Positions 39,953 through 49,132 of a DNA stretch of 58,489 nucleotides are shown piece after piece (positions within the stretch are counted from its first letter, which is position 1; every line of letters begins with the position of its first letter). Source of the DNA: a virus. Its lineage: Duplodnaviria; Caudoviricetes. Both the position numbers and the translations under genes were made by a program. The notes beneath the pieces are model-generated. The model was not told the DNA's origin. It worked only from the letters and a program-made list of their open reading frames with translations, and did not search any database. The DNA is taken from IMG/VR virus record IMGVR_UViG_3300032087_004351, positions 1 through 58,489 of that record, one strand, 5' to 3'.

Positions 39953-40401
39953 TGGCTACACTAACAGTTACATTAAAGGAGGATGTTCTGCTTAACGGCG
40001 CCCAAAGAGGCTCCGAGAACGTCGTAGACATCGCTTCTGTTTCAGAGATCTACTCTCGAATCTTCGATATAGGGAACGCATCAGATACAGAGGTACTGAA
40101 ATTCGATTCAGCCGACGGTGCTGGTACGATCACAAGATCTAAGCTGAAGTATTTGAGATTTACAAACCTTAGCTCAACAACCGCCGAGACCATTACACTG
40201 TCTTTGGAGAACACAGACGCATATCAATACTTTGTCAAGCTTTCAGCTGGACAATCATTTATACTAACAAACACGGACATCGAAGCAAACGACGCCAACC
40301 CGTCGATTGCGATAGGTACTCTTTCTGGATCTCTTGACCTGATTATGGCAAAAGCAGCTTCAGGAACACCTCAGCTTGAGGTTTTTGCCGCTATGTCATA
40401 A
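39952..40401 (+). CDS. Putative small virion protein
   Basis: 149 aa, Thr/Ser-rich beta-type; loosely similar to the 52490-53810 proteins. Confidence 0.5.
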   Translation: MATLTVTLKEDVLLNGAQRGSENVVDIASVSEIYSRIFDIGNASDTEVLKFDSADGAGTITRSKLKYLRFTNLSSTTAETITLSLENTDAYQYFVKLSAGQSFILTNTDIEANDANPSIAIGTLSGSLDLIMAKAASGTPQLEVFAAMS

Positions 40402-40405
40402 TATC

Positions 40406-40413
40406 TATATTTG
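40406..40413 (+). promoter_or_regulatory. -7 promoter box
   Basis: TATATTTG, 4 nt before ATG 40418. Confidence 0.7.
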
Positions 40414-40417
40414 CAAA

Positions 40418-42307
40418 ATGCCAGGATATAATAAGTCTAGAAGATATATAGGTCCCAGAGTGTCGTACGGCTGGGGCGGCGCTGCTTTAAAGTTTGGATC
40501 AAACCTTGTTGACAACTTACAGAGTGGAAAAAAACTAGGTAGCGGCCTTTTAAAAGGAACTATGAAAGGGGTAGGTAAGGCTGCCGTTACTCCAGGTTCT
40601 GGCTTTGCAGCTGCAGGAGACCTTGTAGGGGGTCTTACTCAAAACGCAAAGAACCCCTTTATTAAAAATCTAGGACAGGCCGTAGACACAGCTACGAACT
40701 TCCTTCCAGGAGGAGGAGGGGTAAGACAAACCGTCAAGGATGTAGCTGGGTATATCGGAAACAACCAGCAAGCTCAGGGCAATGCCCCATTGACAGGAAG
40801 CGGTCAAGGTCAGCAAGGTGGCTTTATGAACAAAGTAAACAACTTTATGGATTCTCCAGTCGGTCAGAACATTATGGGTCAGGGTCAGCAAGGAGGTCTT
40901 TTAAACACAGCAATGAATTTTCTCGGAGAAGCTGGTCAAGCAGTTCCTCATAATAATCCAACTATGCAAGGAGTAACACTTATGAAAAACGGAGGCGTTT
41001 ACGCTGAAAACGGAGTAAACACTAACGGAGTCAACGGCGATCCGTCTACTATGGGGCCTGGCGATACAACCCCAGCGGAACCAGGTGCTTTCAGCATGGG
41101 CATTCAGATGGCCTCTGACAGTCTTGAAGCAGCAAAGAGAGAGCTTCTTAATGGACTGAGCCCAAGATTAATGGAAAAAGCCAGAGAGCTCGGGATTATA
41201 GACAATCAAGACAACATGTCTTTTTATGATGTTTGGAGCAGCCTTAATCTCACTGATGGTGAAGCAAAGGCAGCTATAAACAGAACCGCTGGGCGCAACA
41301 CCCAAGAGTCTGCTAGACTGCTTGGCGCCTGGCGTAATATCGATAAAGCTCACGAAATTTTTGACGACGCAGGCCTAAGCTTTGACGAAGGTCTTTCTCG
41401 TTTGGATCAACAGCTTACCAACCAAGGTTTTACTGCTGGTCAGCCTGCAGAAAATTTTGCCACTTACTTGTCTACTTCTGAAATAAATTTAGGGCAGCCT
41501 ATGTGGGGATTCTTGGCAGACCCAACAAAATCTGATCTACAGGGTAATTACGCAGGCAGAGGCGGTAATTTTGTTATGCCTTCATACGATGAATTTGAAG
41601 AGGCCAATAAGTCTACGTTCTTAGGCTTTGAAGCGGGTCAAAAAGGCATAACTAGAGGGGGTGACGTTGGCTCGAAGGCCATTGACTCTGGAATATTTGA
41701 TGTTGTTTTTAAAGGCCAAAAACTTCCAGGGGACTTTGAACCAAGTCAAAGACGAGAAACAACCCGATCTAAAAGAGATCGAGGTATTGGCGATGGACCC
41801 GAATTCCCTGATAGAGAAACCACCAAAGACCTACCTATGCAGGGTGGTAACGATGGCGGCGGAAGCCGCGTCGGTGGTGCCACTCAAATCCCTAATATGC
41901 CGCCACCCGTCGAAGAGGAAGAAATCATGCGCGAGGTCACGCTTGACCCAATAGAGATTTATGACAGGGAGGAGGAGTATCCAAATATGCAACCAACAAT
42001 AGTGGTTGAACCACAGAAGCCAAAGAAAAATCCCGAGCTCAGGTGGGATCCAAGGTGGGGTTCCCCGTTCCCAGACACGGGCTTGCAGGGCGATTACTTC
42101 CCTGGTGGCACCCCGAACTACGGAGGCACTGGCTACAATCAATTCTATTCTCGCAATCCACAATTTCATCCTGAACACATAAAATTTTTGGAGGAAAGAG
42201 CAAATCTCATGCAAAAGCAAGTTGGAGGTCAGCGACAGTTTAATGGGGGCATTGCAAGAAAACCCAGAGTAAAAGTTATGAAGAGAGGAGGGTACAACAA
42301 CTACTAA
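40418..42307 (+). CDS. Gly-rich hypothetical protein (possible virion/ejection protein)
   Basis: 629 aa from ATG 40418; 'GQGQQGG' occurs twice. Confidence 0.55.
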   Translation: MPGYNKSRRYIGPRVSYGWGGAALKFGSNLVDNLQSGKKLGSGLLKGTMKGVGKAAVTPGSGFAAAGDLVGGLTQNAKNPFIKNLGQAVDTATNFLPGGGGVRQTVKDVAGYIGNNQQAQGNAPLTGSGQGQQGGFMNKVNNFMDSPVGQNIMGQGQQGGLLNTAMNFLGEAGQAVPHNNPTMQGVTLMKNGGVYAENGVNTNGVNGDPSTMGPGDTTPAEPGAFSMGIQMASDSLEAAKRELLNGLSPRLMEKARELGIIDNQDNMSFYDVWSSLNLTDGEAKAAINRTAGRNTQESARLLGAWRNIDKAHEIFDDAGLSFDEGLSRLDQQLTNQGFTAGQPAENFATYLSTSEINLGQPMWGFLADPTKSDLQGNYAGRGGNFVMPSYDEFEEANKSTFLGFEAGQKGITRGGDVGSKAIDSGIFDVVFKGQKLPGDFEPSQRRETTRSKRDRGIGDGPEFPDRETTKDLPMQGGNDGGGSRVGGATQIPNMPPPVEEEEIMREVTLDPIEIYDREEEYPNMQPTIVVEPQKPKKNPELRWDPRWGSPFPDTGLQGDYFPGGTPNYGGTGYNQFYSRNPQFHPEHIKFLEERANLMQKQVGGQRQFNGGIARKPRVKVMKRGGYNNY

Positions 42308-42322
42308 GCAAAAACATTAGAC

Positions 42323-42357
42323 AAAAAAAGAGCCCCTTGATGGGGCTCTTTTGCTTT
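42323..42357. terminator. Bidirectional terminator
   Basis: aaaagagcccc-ttgat-ggggctctttt between convergent genes. Confidence 0.88.
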
Positions 42358-42372
42358 GTATAGATGTTGTTT

Positions 42373-42828
42373 TTAGTCAAGCATAGTTTCTGCAGAAACG
42401 AATGTCGCTGACTCTCGTGCAATCCTTAATGGTGACGGCTTAGAGGAAAGAATCCCGTTGCTTTCTTCTGCCCACCCTTGCTCTTTCATGACTCTGATGT
42501 AGTCTTGATCAAAGACAATACATGTCTGATTTGTAATTTCTTCTGTGGCGATGTTTCCACCCACAAAGCAGTATACACCTTCTTCTCTAATGTCAAAGAA
42601 TGTTTCCCCGATGTGAACCTTTCCTTCAATAAAGTTCAGCTTAGGTCCAGCCGTATCAAAGAACTTGTCCCAGTCTTTGACTTCGTGAACGTCTACATCG
42701 ACTTTGTAGATTGCGACAGCGTCTACGCTAGTATTATCGGTAAACACCCACTCTCTGTAATTAATGTCTTGAGCGAGGATAGAGAAGAACATCGTGCATA
42801 AGGTTGCCACCATAATTGCCTTTTTCAT
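42373..42828 (-). CDS. Exported protein of unknown function, counter-oriented in the late arm
   Basis: 151 aa; signal peptide MKKAIMVATLCTMFFSILA. Confidence 0.65.
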   Translation of the reverse strand: MKKAIMVATLCTMFFSILAQDINYREWVFTDNTSVDAVAIYKVDVDVHEVKDWDKFFDTAGPKLNFIEGKVHIGETFFDIREEGVYCFVGGNIATEEITNQTCIVFDQDYIRVMKEQGWAEESNGILSSKPSPLRIARESATFVSAETMLD

Positions 42829-42941
42829 TATATCAGGTTTTAAGTGTGTTTCGTATCTTTGGCGTTAATCGCTGATCTCATTGTATGGAGAAAAACATAT
42901 TCCCTCCAAATTTTGAGCTGTGAAAATTCGTTAACAGCACT

Positions 42942-43418
42942 ATGAAGTTATCTAAGAATCTAACACTGGCCGAATGTCTAAAGAGTCAAACTGCAAGACG
43001 CCTCGGCATAAATAATGAACCACATGAAGAATGGGTTGTCGAAAATCTTAAGTCGGTTGCAGAACATATCTTCCAACCTTGTCGCGACCATTTCGGAGTT
43101 CCTATATACGTGTCGTCAGGGTATCGTTGCCCTGAGCTCAATCGTGCGATCGGCGGCGCAAAGCGTAGCCAACACATGGAGGGACGCGCACTTGATCTTG
43201 ATTGCGATGTATACGGTCGTATTACAAACGCTGACCTCTTTCACTATATTCGGGAGAACCTGGAATTTGATCAAGTTGTTTGGGAATTTGGTACGGACGA
43301 CAATCCTGATTGGGTTCACGTTTCTTACGTTCACGGGGGTGATAATCGCAAGAGGTGTCTCAAAGCTTGTCGAGACGATCAAGGCAAAACTTACTACGAA
43401 GTAATCTTCGCAAAATGA
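42942..43418 (+). CDS. Peptidase M15-family endolysin
   Basis: 'SSGYRCPELNRAIGGA..SQH..GRALD' and 'WVHVSY'. Confidence 0.88.
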   Translation: MKLSKNLTLAECLKSQTARRLGINNEPHEEWVVENLKSVAEHIFQPCRDHFGVPIYVSSGYRCPELNRAIGGAKRSQHMEGRALDLDCDVYGRITNADLFHYIRENLEFDQVVWEFGTDDNPDWVHVSYVHGGDNRKRCLKACRDDQGKTYYEVIFAK

Positions 43419-44197
43419 TGCGCGGACTTTCCCTGGGCTTGGGCTCAGATATAACTAGGGGGTTTGGTGGTGCAGCAAAAGCTGCAGGTGGCGGAGCATA
43501 CAAGAATTCTCACGCCCTTGAGGTAGACGGGGTAGATCAGTCTATGCGCTGGAACCACGGAAACGATCCTATCGGGGCGGCGCTTGCCACAACCACAGAC
43601 GAAGGAACAATATCTTTCTGGGTGTACTTTGACGACCTCAGCGGCACAAAGTATATTATGGAGAAAGGCACTTCTTCGTCAAACTACTTTAGGGTCTTTC
43701 ATTCTGGAACAAACCTCAGCCTACTGGGGTATGCTAGCGGTACGCTTTCTGTGTTCCAAAACTATACGTCTGTAATTTCAGCTGCTACATGGCACATGAT
43801 TACGATAACTCTTGACGGCACGGGCGGGACGTTTGTAACTACGCTTCACTTAGACGGAACCAAATTAACCCCAGACTCCTCGTTTCCTACGTCAAGCTCA
43901 GCTATTGATCCAGGATCTCCAGGGAGGTTGTTTATGGGAAGAGCGTATAACACTACGTCTTACAGTCAGCAAATTACAGACGAGGTTGCTGTGTGGGACA
44001 CCGTCCTTAGTGATGCCGCCATTACAGAAATCTACACTCACCACACTCTCAATCAGGACGAAGGAGACTACGCAAGCTCATCAGATCTTGTAAGGTGGTG
44101 GAAGCTCAACGAGGACGCTACAGACTCTACAGGGAACGGAGACGACATCACGCTGTTTAACAGTCCGTCATACACCACAAACATACCATTCTTGTAA
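43415..44197 (+). CDS. LamG/concanavalin A-like domain virion protein
   Basis: 'TISFWVY', 'WHMITIT', 'LHLDG', 'DEVAVWD..LS', 'WWKLNE'. Confidence 0.75.
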   Translation: MMRGLSLGLGSDITRGFGGAAKAAGGGAYKNSHALEVDGVDQSMRWNHGNDPIGAALATTTDEGTISFWVYFDDLSGTKYIMEKGTSSSNYFRVFHSGTNLSLLGYASGTLSVFQNYTSVISAATWHMITITLDGTGGTFVTTLHLDGTKLTPDSSFPTSSSAIDPGSPGRLFMGRAYNTTSYSQQITDEVAVWDTVLSDAAITEIYTHHTLNQDEGDYASSSDLVRWWKLNEDATDSTGNGDDITLFNSPSYTTNIPFL

Positions 44198-44451
44198 TGC
44201 AGGTATCAAGCACATATCAGATCGTATTGCTAACAGACCTGACTCAGTCCATAATAGATGCAGTCAACCAAGACTCTTCTTCTACGGTAAGGAAGTCAAA
44301 CGACGGAACCAAGTGTATCGTAAGCTGGGAGGGGGCAACCCCATCTGCGCTGTCTGCAGGCCAGAACTACACGCATGAGCAAATTCTTGCCATTATAAAT
44401 GATGAGCAGGGAGAGTGGTATGTGGCTCCTCCAGACGTCCCTAATCCATAA
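44197..44451 (+). CDS. Hypothetical protein
   Basis: 84 aa; 'RKSNDGTK...YTHEQIL...EW'. Confidence 0.6.
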   Translation: MQVSSTYQIVLLTDLTQSIIDAVNQDSSSTVRKSNDGTKCIVSWEGATPSALSAGQNYTHEQILAIINDEQGEWYVAPPDVPNP

Positions 44452-44863
44452 GCTCTCTGTAGAATCTCTGTACTAGAAGTCTAGCCTTCTGCGTCAACCC
44501 GTATCTCACTCTGTAGTTAAACTTCGTCTCATCTCGGAATAGATGATCCTCGTACGTATCAGACGGGGTGAGCTTGTCGAAGTGCTTGTACAGATATCCA
44601 GCTCTTTGTAGTGGATATATGATTCTGTTGGACAGGTTTGTCTTGTTCATCTCTAGATCCTGGGCTGCATAGTCTATCGTAAAAAACTGCAGGTCATATC
44701 CCCAGAGAAGAAACTCTAGGTCTGAAAATGAGATCTCCCACTGCGACTGAACCTTTTGCCGCATTTGTTTGAGCCTCTTTAGATTGTTCCTTTTGATATA
44801 CTTCTTATCTTGTCGACTAAAGTCGCGGAACATCCGTTTTTTTGGAACTTTGCTTTTGGGCAT
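44441..44863 (-). CDS. Putative winged-helix DNA-binding protein
   Basis: 140 aa from MPKSKV; 'IYPLQRAGYL' and 'RYGLTQKARLLV'. Confidence 0.5.
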   Translation of the reverse strand: MPKSKVPKKRMFRDFSRQDKKYIKRNNLKRLKQMRQKVQSQWEISFSDLEFLLWGYDLQFFTIDYAAQDLEMNKTNLSNRIIYPLQRAGYLYKHFDKLTPSDTYEDHLFRDETKFNYRVRYGLTQKARLLVQRFYRELMD

Positions 44864-44878
44864 ATTAAAAGAACTATT

Positions 44879-45184
44879 ATGAGAGAAGATGAATTTTTGA
44901 TGGAGGTTCACAGATTGGCAATAGAGCTGGAGCTTCTGATTGATAGCTACGAATTGCGCGACCGTGTTTTGTCTATGATGGTTGTTGGTGTGCTTGACTC
45001 CCTCGACATAGATGAAGAGGAAAAGTCTCGCATGAAGGCTATATACTCGCACAACATGCACAATGAAGATGAGTTAAACGTCATTGTTGACTTCGCTGTA
45101 GATACATGGAAGGATAGCAAAGATACAGACGATGGGTATGATTTCGACGGTCTATTTGACGGTTTGGACATATCTTTGAACTAA
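44879..45184 (+). CDS. Acidic hypothetical protein
   Basis: 101 aa from ATG 44879. Confidence 0.55.
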   Translation: MREDEFLMEVHRLAIELELLIDSYELRDRVLSMMVVGVLDSLDIDEEEKSRMKAIYSHNMHNEDELNVIVDFAVDTWKDSKDTDDGYDFDGLFDGLDISLN

Positions 45185-45192
45185 AATTCAAT

Positions 45193-45426
45193 ATGGGCCT
45201 TATTAGAAAGATAATCATTGGGAGAGATCCCAAAGATGCCATGGCGTACTTTGTAGGAATGAGAGCGGGTGGAGGAGAAGTTAGTGCGATTGTTATGGAC
45301 GAAGAACACTTAATTAGATACAGTCGTAAGAGATATCTCGTATATTTGCATCAGGACGAATCTCAAGTTCTCTGGAAATCAGTAGACGAGATGCCGTGCA
45401 TAATTGAATACGACTGTAATTTTTAA
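45193..45426 (+). CDS. Hypothetical protein
   Basis: 77-aa ORF before the GroES-like gene. Confidence 0.6.
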   Translation: MGLIRKIIIGRDPKDAMAYFVGMRAGGGEVSAIVMDEEHLIRYSRKRYLVYLHQDESQVLWKSVDEMPCIIEYDCNF

Positions 45427-45429
45427 TTC

Positions 45430-46032
45430 ATGAAAACCTTAGACTTGTTTGTCGTTGAGCTCGAAAAGCAGCTCAAGGACAGCATCAAGACTGAAAGCGG
45501 GTTTGAGCTGTACGTAGACCCGAAGTACAAAGACTTCGAACATCGAGTTACAGACGGCCCAGTAGTATGTTCCCCGCTACGCCACAAGACAGGCGTCAAA
45601 GAAGGGGATACGCTTTACTTCCACCATCTTGTAGTTCTGAACGAAGGCCAGGTCCTTACAGGAAATGACAAGCATTTCGTTGTGAGATATGACCCAGTTC
45701 ATACGGTGAACAATCAAGCCATTGCCTACAAGTGCAAAGACACTGGCACGATACAACCGCTTGCTGGTTGGTCGCTTCTAGAGCATGTAGAGGAAATGGA
45801 GCCTGGAACTCAAAGCGATTTAATCGAGGTCGTTAAACTCGAAGAGTCGAAAGTAACCAAGGCTCGTGTAGCGTTTAATGCTCCATGGCTAGAAGAGATG
45901 GGGCTTAAGGTTGGCGATGTTGTAGGTATCAAAAGAGATATGGACTATAAGATCATTATCGATGACAAGCCGTACTACCGAGTACGGGCAGAAGACTTGC
46001 TATATGTCGAGGAAGAAGTTCACAACGATTGA
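45430..46032 (+). CDS. GroES-like (tandem co-chaperonin fold) protein
   Basis: 'KTESGFELY', 'VKEGDTLYF', 'LKVGDVV', 'IDDKPYYRVRAEDLL'. Confidence 0.6.
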   Translation: MKTLDLFVVELEKQLKDSIKTESGFELYVDPKYKDFEHRVTDGPVVCSPLRHKTGVKEGDTLYFHHLVVLNEGQVLTGNDKHFVVRYDPVHTVNNQAIAYKCKDTGTIQPLAGWSLLEHVEEMEPGTQSDLIEVVKLEESKVTKARVAFNAPWLEEMGLKVGDVVGIKRDMDYKIIIDDKPYYRVRAEDLLYVEEEVHND

Positions 46033-46294
46033 AGCTGCACAGCGCTTGATGGCTAGCATGGAGGTCGCGATCAACAACATGATCGACGAGGTCAAAAAGC
46101 CTGTAGACCCAGAGGCTGGAGGCGCGGCTCGTAAAGCCGAGCTCCAGTCCATCAAGCAGACAGCCACTGACTGTAAAGAATTGCTGGTAGAGCGCCAGCG
46201 ACTAGAACAAATGATAAAAGACCTAACAACAAATGGAGGAATCGAAGAAGCCAAAGACTACAGCGGAGGTTTCGCTGAAAAATTCTCTAGATGA
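46004..46294 (+). CDS. Hypothetical protein (candidate terminase small subunit)
   Basis: 96-aa helical protein upstream of terL; function inferred from position only. Confidence 0.4.
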   Translation: MSRKKFTTIEAAQRLMASMEVAINNMIDEVKKPVDPEAGGAARKAELQSIKQTATDCKELLVERQRLEQMIKDLTTNGGIEEAKDYSGGFAEKFSR

Positions 46295-46422
46295 TTGGAA
46301 AGCAGTTGTTTACCAAATGAATAAAACAGATTTTAAGTTCTGGGAGGAATCCTGGAACGGCGAGTTCGAAGACTAATTCCTTTTTCGTCAGGCGGCCCTC
46401 TACGCATATAGGGCAATCAAAC

Positions 46423-46496
46423 TGGGGCGTAGTTCAGTTGGTTAGAGCGTCTGTCTTATACACAGGAAGTCGCGGGTTCAAGTCCCGCCGCCCCAA
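46423..46496 (+). tRNA. tRNA-Ile, anticodon UAU
   Basis: Cloverleaf: TGGGGCG/CGCCCCA acceptor stem, TCTGT-CT TAT AC-ACAGG anticodon arm, GCGGG-TTCAAGT-CCCGC T-arm; CCA not encoded. Confidence 0.9.
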
Positions 46497-46514
46497 CATC
46501 ACTATATTTGTTTC

Positions 46515-46736
46515 ATGAAGCGCGACTACAAAAAAGAATACGCTAAGTACGGTAAGAGCCGTGCCGCTAAGAAGTATCGTGCCATACTTAATAAATACAA
46601 TAGACGTAAAGGAACTTATGGGAACGGTGATGGTAAGGATGCAGCTCACTCTGGAAGCAAGATCAAAGGATTCCTCAGAGAGTCGCTTAACCGAGCCAAC
46701 AACAGACCCAAGACTAGAAACTCGACGCGCTCGTAG
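46515..46736 (+). CDS. Small basic HNH-like protein between the two tRNAs
   Basis: 'RDYKKEY...GDGKDAAH...NRANN'; own TATATTTG box at 46503-46510. Confidence 0.55.
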   Translation: MKRDYKKEYAKYGKSRAAKKYRAILNKYNRRKGTYGNGDGKDAAHSGSKIKGFLRESLNRANNRPKTRNSTRS

Positions 46737-46800
46737 CTCAGCTGGATAGAGCATCTGCCTTCTAAGCAGACGGTCACAGGTTCGAATCCTGTCGGGCGTA
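46727..46800 (+). tRNA. tRNA-Arg, anticodon UCU
   Basis: GCGCTCG/CGGGCGT acceptor stem, TCTGC-CT TCT AA-GCAGA anticodon arm, ACAGG-TTCGAAT-CCTGT T-arm. Confidence 0.93.
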
Positions 46801-46817
46801 CAATTTAATTAAAAGAC

Positions 46818-47000
46818 ATGGCTAAGTACAAATGCGAATGCGGAGGCGAAAAAGACGCCTCTGGCGTAAAGATCAAATTCGTCGACGGCAAGGCTCGTCA
46901 CGAAATCACATGCGAAGAATGTGGTGAATACATGGAGCTGGCCAACCCGAAGACGGGTGCCCCAAGCTTCAGAAGCAATAGGTATGGGCAAGTTTTCTAA
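46818..47000 (+). CDS. Small Zn-ribbon protein
   Basis: 'YKCECG...CEECG'. Confidence 0.6.
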   Translation: MAKYKCECGGEKDASGVKIKFVDGKARHEITCEECGEYMELANPKTGAPSFRSNRYGQVF

Positions 47001-49114
47001 TGTCTGTCTTAGTAGACATAGATGGGTATGATGTACCTGCTATCTCAATTTGTCCCAACGGTACAAAAGGTGAGTGTATTGAACGTGGTAACCTACTCAT
47101 TTCACTTCCCGCTCAGCCTCCCGAGGAAGAAATTGAAGGATATGGAAAGCCAGAGCACTTGCAGCTGTGGAAAAGGCTTCCTATGCCAGAGGAGCTGTCT
47201 AGGATTAAGAGTATGGACGAGTGGTCCGAGACGCCAAGAGAGTTTCGACAGAAATTTTCTCCGTATATCGAGGAGGAATTTCGCCGTAGGCGTGAAGGCT
47301 TTTGGTTTTTCAATGCAGGTAGGCCTACTTATATTACGGGCAGGCACTACATGATGTTGCAGTGGACCAAGATAGATGTAGGATATCCTCACTATCTTGA
47401 GTTCCAGAGAGACATCTTTCTGCACATGGCAGCGTGTGAGGCGGATCCCCGATGCTTGGGACAGCTATACACTAAGTGTCGGCGGAGCGGGTATACCAAT
47501 ATCTGCTCTGCCGTACTGCTAGACGAGGCCACACAGGTAAAAGATAAGCTCATGGGCATACAGTCAAAGACTGGTAAGGACGCCCAAGAGAATATATTCA
47601 TGAAGAAGGTTGTGCAGATGTTTAGGCATTACCCCTTCTTCTTTAAACCCATCCAAGATGGTACAACCAACCCACGTATGGAGCTGGCTTTTCGCGAGCC
47701 GTCTAAGAGAATCACAAAGAACAATAAGACTTCGCAGAAGGGCGAGGCTCTCAATACGGTATTAAACTGGAAAAACACAACTAACAACGCATACGACGGT
47801 GAGAAGCTTCACCTGTTGTATCTAGACGAAGCAGGAAAATGGGAAAAACCTACAGACATAAGGGACGCCTGGAGGATTCAACGGACGTGTTTGATCGTCG
47901 GGCGAAAAGTAGTCGGAAAGGCAATGGTCGGAAGCACCGTAAATCCGATGGACAAAGGGGGAAAAGAATACAAGGAGCTATGGGCGGATTCAGATCCAAT
48001 GGATCGGAACGCCAATGGGAGGACGAGGAGTGGCCTATATAGGCTTTTTATACCAGCATATGAATCACTAGAAGGTTTTTTTGATGTACACGGACGACCA
48101 ATCATGGATGATCCTGATGGGCCTTTGGACGGTCTTGACGGCGATAGCGTTATTCAAGGGGCGAGGACGTACCTGAAGAATGAGCGCGACAGTATGAAAC
48201 ACAACCCGTCGGAGCTTAACGAGATAACTAGACAGTTTCCGTTCAGCGAAGACGAGGCATTCCGCGACAGTATCGATGGTAGCCTATTCAACATAGGTAA
48301 GATCTACCAGCAGATACAATACAATGATGAGCTATACCCAAATCCAGTGGTTAGGGGCAACTTCGTTTGGAAAGAAAAAGACAAAGAGGTTGTGTTTTCT
48401 CCAGACTCTAACGGCAGGTTCCGCGTGGCTTGGATGCCACCTGCGGAACAACGCAACGTTAGAAAGATGGATAGGGGTAAGCTTGTCGCTCCATTTGCAG
48501 ACAGAGGATGCGGTGGTGTTGACTCCTATGACCTCGACTCCACAGTCGACGGGAGAGGCTCTAAGGGGGCGTTACATCTCTACAACAAGTTTCATATGGA
48601 GAACCCCTCTAATATGTTCGTTGTAGAGTACGCCTCACGTCCAGATCTAGCCAAGATCTTCTACGAAGATGTCCTTATGGCTGCTTTCTTTTACGGATAT
48701 CCACTCCTCGTGGAAAACAACAAGTACGGCATCGTAAGATACTTTGAATCAAGAGGTTACGATGGGTACTTAATGAACAGACCAGAGCACCTAAAGACCC
48801 CAAACTCAAGGGTCAATGTAAAGACCAAGGGCATTCCGTCTAACTCTCAAGATGTTATTCAGTCTCACGCTCAGTCTATTGAAGCCTATATCCACGATCA
48901 CGTGGGCGAGAACTACGACACTGGTGAATATGGCAAGATGTACTTTAATCGTACATTAGAGGACTGGATAGGCTTCAAAATTAACGACAGAACTAAATAT
49001 GACTTGACAATCAGTTCTGGCTTAGCTTTGCTGGCAGCCCAGAAAGTTAAACAGAAGCCGAAGTCAGACCTTGCGGAGAAGGTATTCTTCCGTCGATATA
49101 AGACGATCGGATGA
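47000..49114 (+). CDS. terL: Terminase large subunit
   Basis: 'KCRRSGYT' Walker A-like, 'LLYLDEAGKW' Walker B, 'GST', nuclease 'GGVDSYD', 'LVENN'. Confidence 0.88.
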   Translation: MSVLVDIDGYDVPAISICPNGTKGECIERGNLLISLPAQPPEEEIEGYGKPEHLQLWKRLPMPEELSRIKSMDEWSETPREFRQKFSPYIEEEFRRRREGFWFFNAGRPTYITGRHYMMLQWTKIDVGYPHYLEFQRDIFLHMAACEADPRCLGQLYTKCRRSGYTNICSAVLLDEATQVKDKLMGIQSKTGKDAQENIFMKKVVQMFRHYPFFFKPIQDGTTNPRMELAFREPSKRITKNNKTSQKGEALNTVLNWKNTTNNAYDGEKLHLLYLDEAGKWEKPTDIRDAWRIQRTCLIVGRKVVGKAMVGSTVNPMDKGGKEYKELWADSDPMDRNANGRTRSGLYRLFIPAYESLEGFFDVHGRPIMDDPDGPLDGLDGDSVIQGARTYLKNERDSMKHNPSELNEITRQFPFSEDEAFRDSIDGSLFNIGKIYQQIQYNDELYPNPVVRGNFVWKEKDKEVVFSPDSNGRFRVAWMPPAEQRNVRKMDRGKLVAPFADRGCGGVDSYDLDSTVDGRGSKGALHLYNKFHMENPSNMFVVEYASRPDLAKIFYEDVLMAAFFYGYPLLVENNKYGIVRYFESRGYDGYLMNRPEHLKTPNSRVNVKTKGIPSNSQDVIQSHAQSIEAYIHDHVGENYDTGEYGKMYFNRTLEDWIGFKINDRTKYDLTISSGLALLAAQKVKQKPKSDLAEKVFFRRYKTIG

Positions 49115-49119
49115 TTTAT

Positions 49120-49127
49120 TATATTTG
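49120..49127 (+). promoter_or_regulatory. -7 promoter box
   Basis: TATATTTG, 5 nt before ATG 49133. Confidence 0.7.
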
Positions 49128-49132
49128 CAAAA

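Noticed and set aside
46497-46817. HDV-like (theta) ribozymes downstream of the tRNAs
   Set aside because: The sequences after both tRNAs are short AT-rich promoter/leader stretches with no such fold visible
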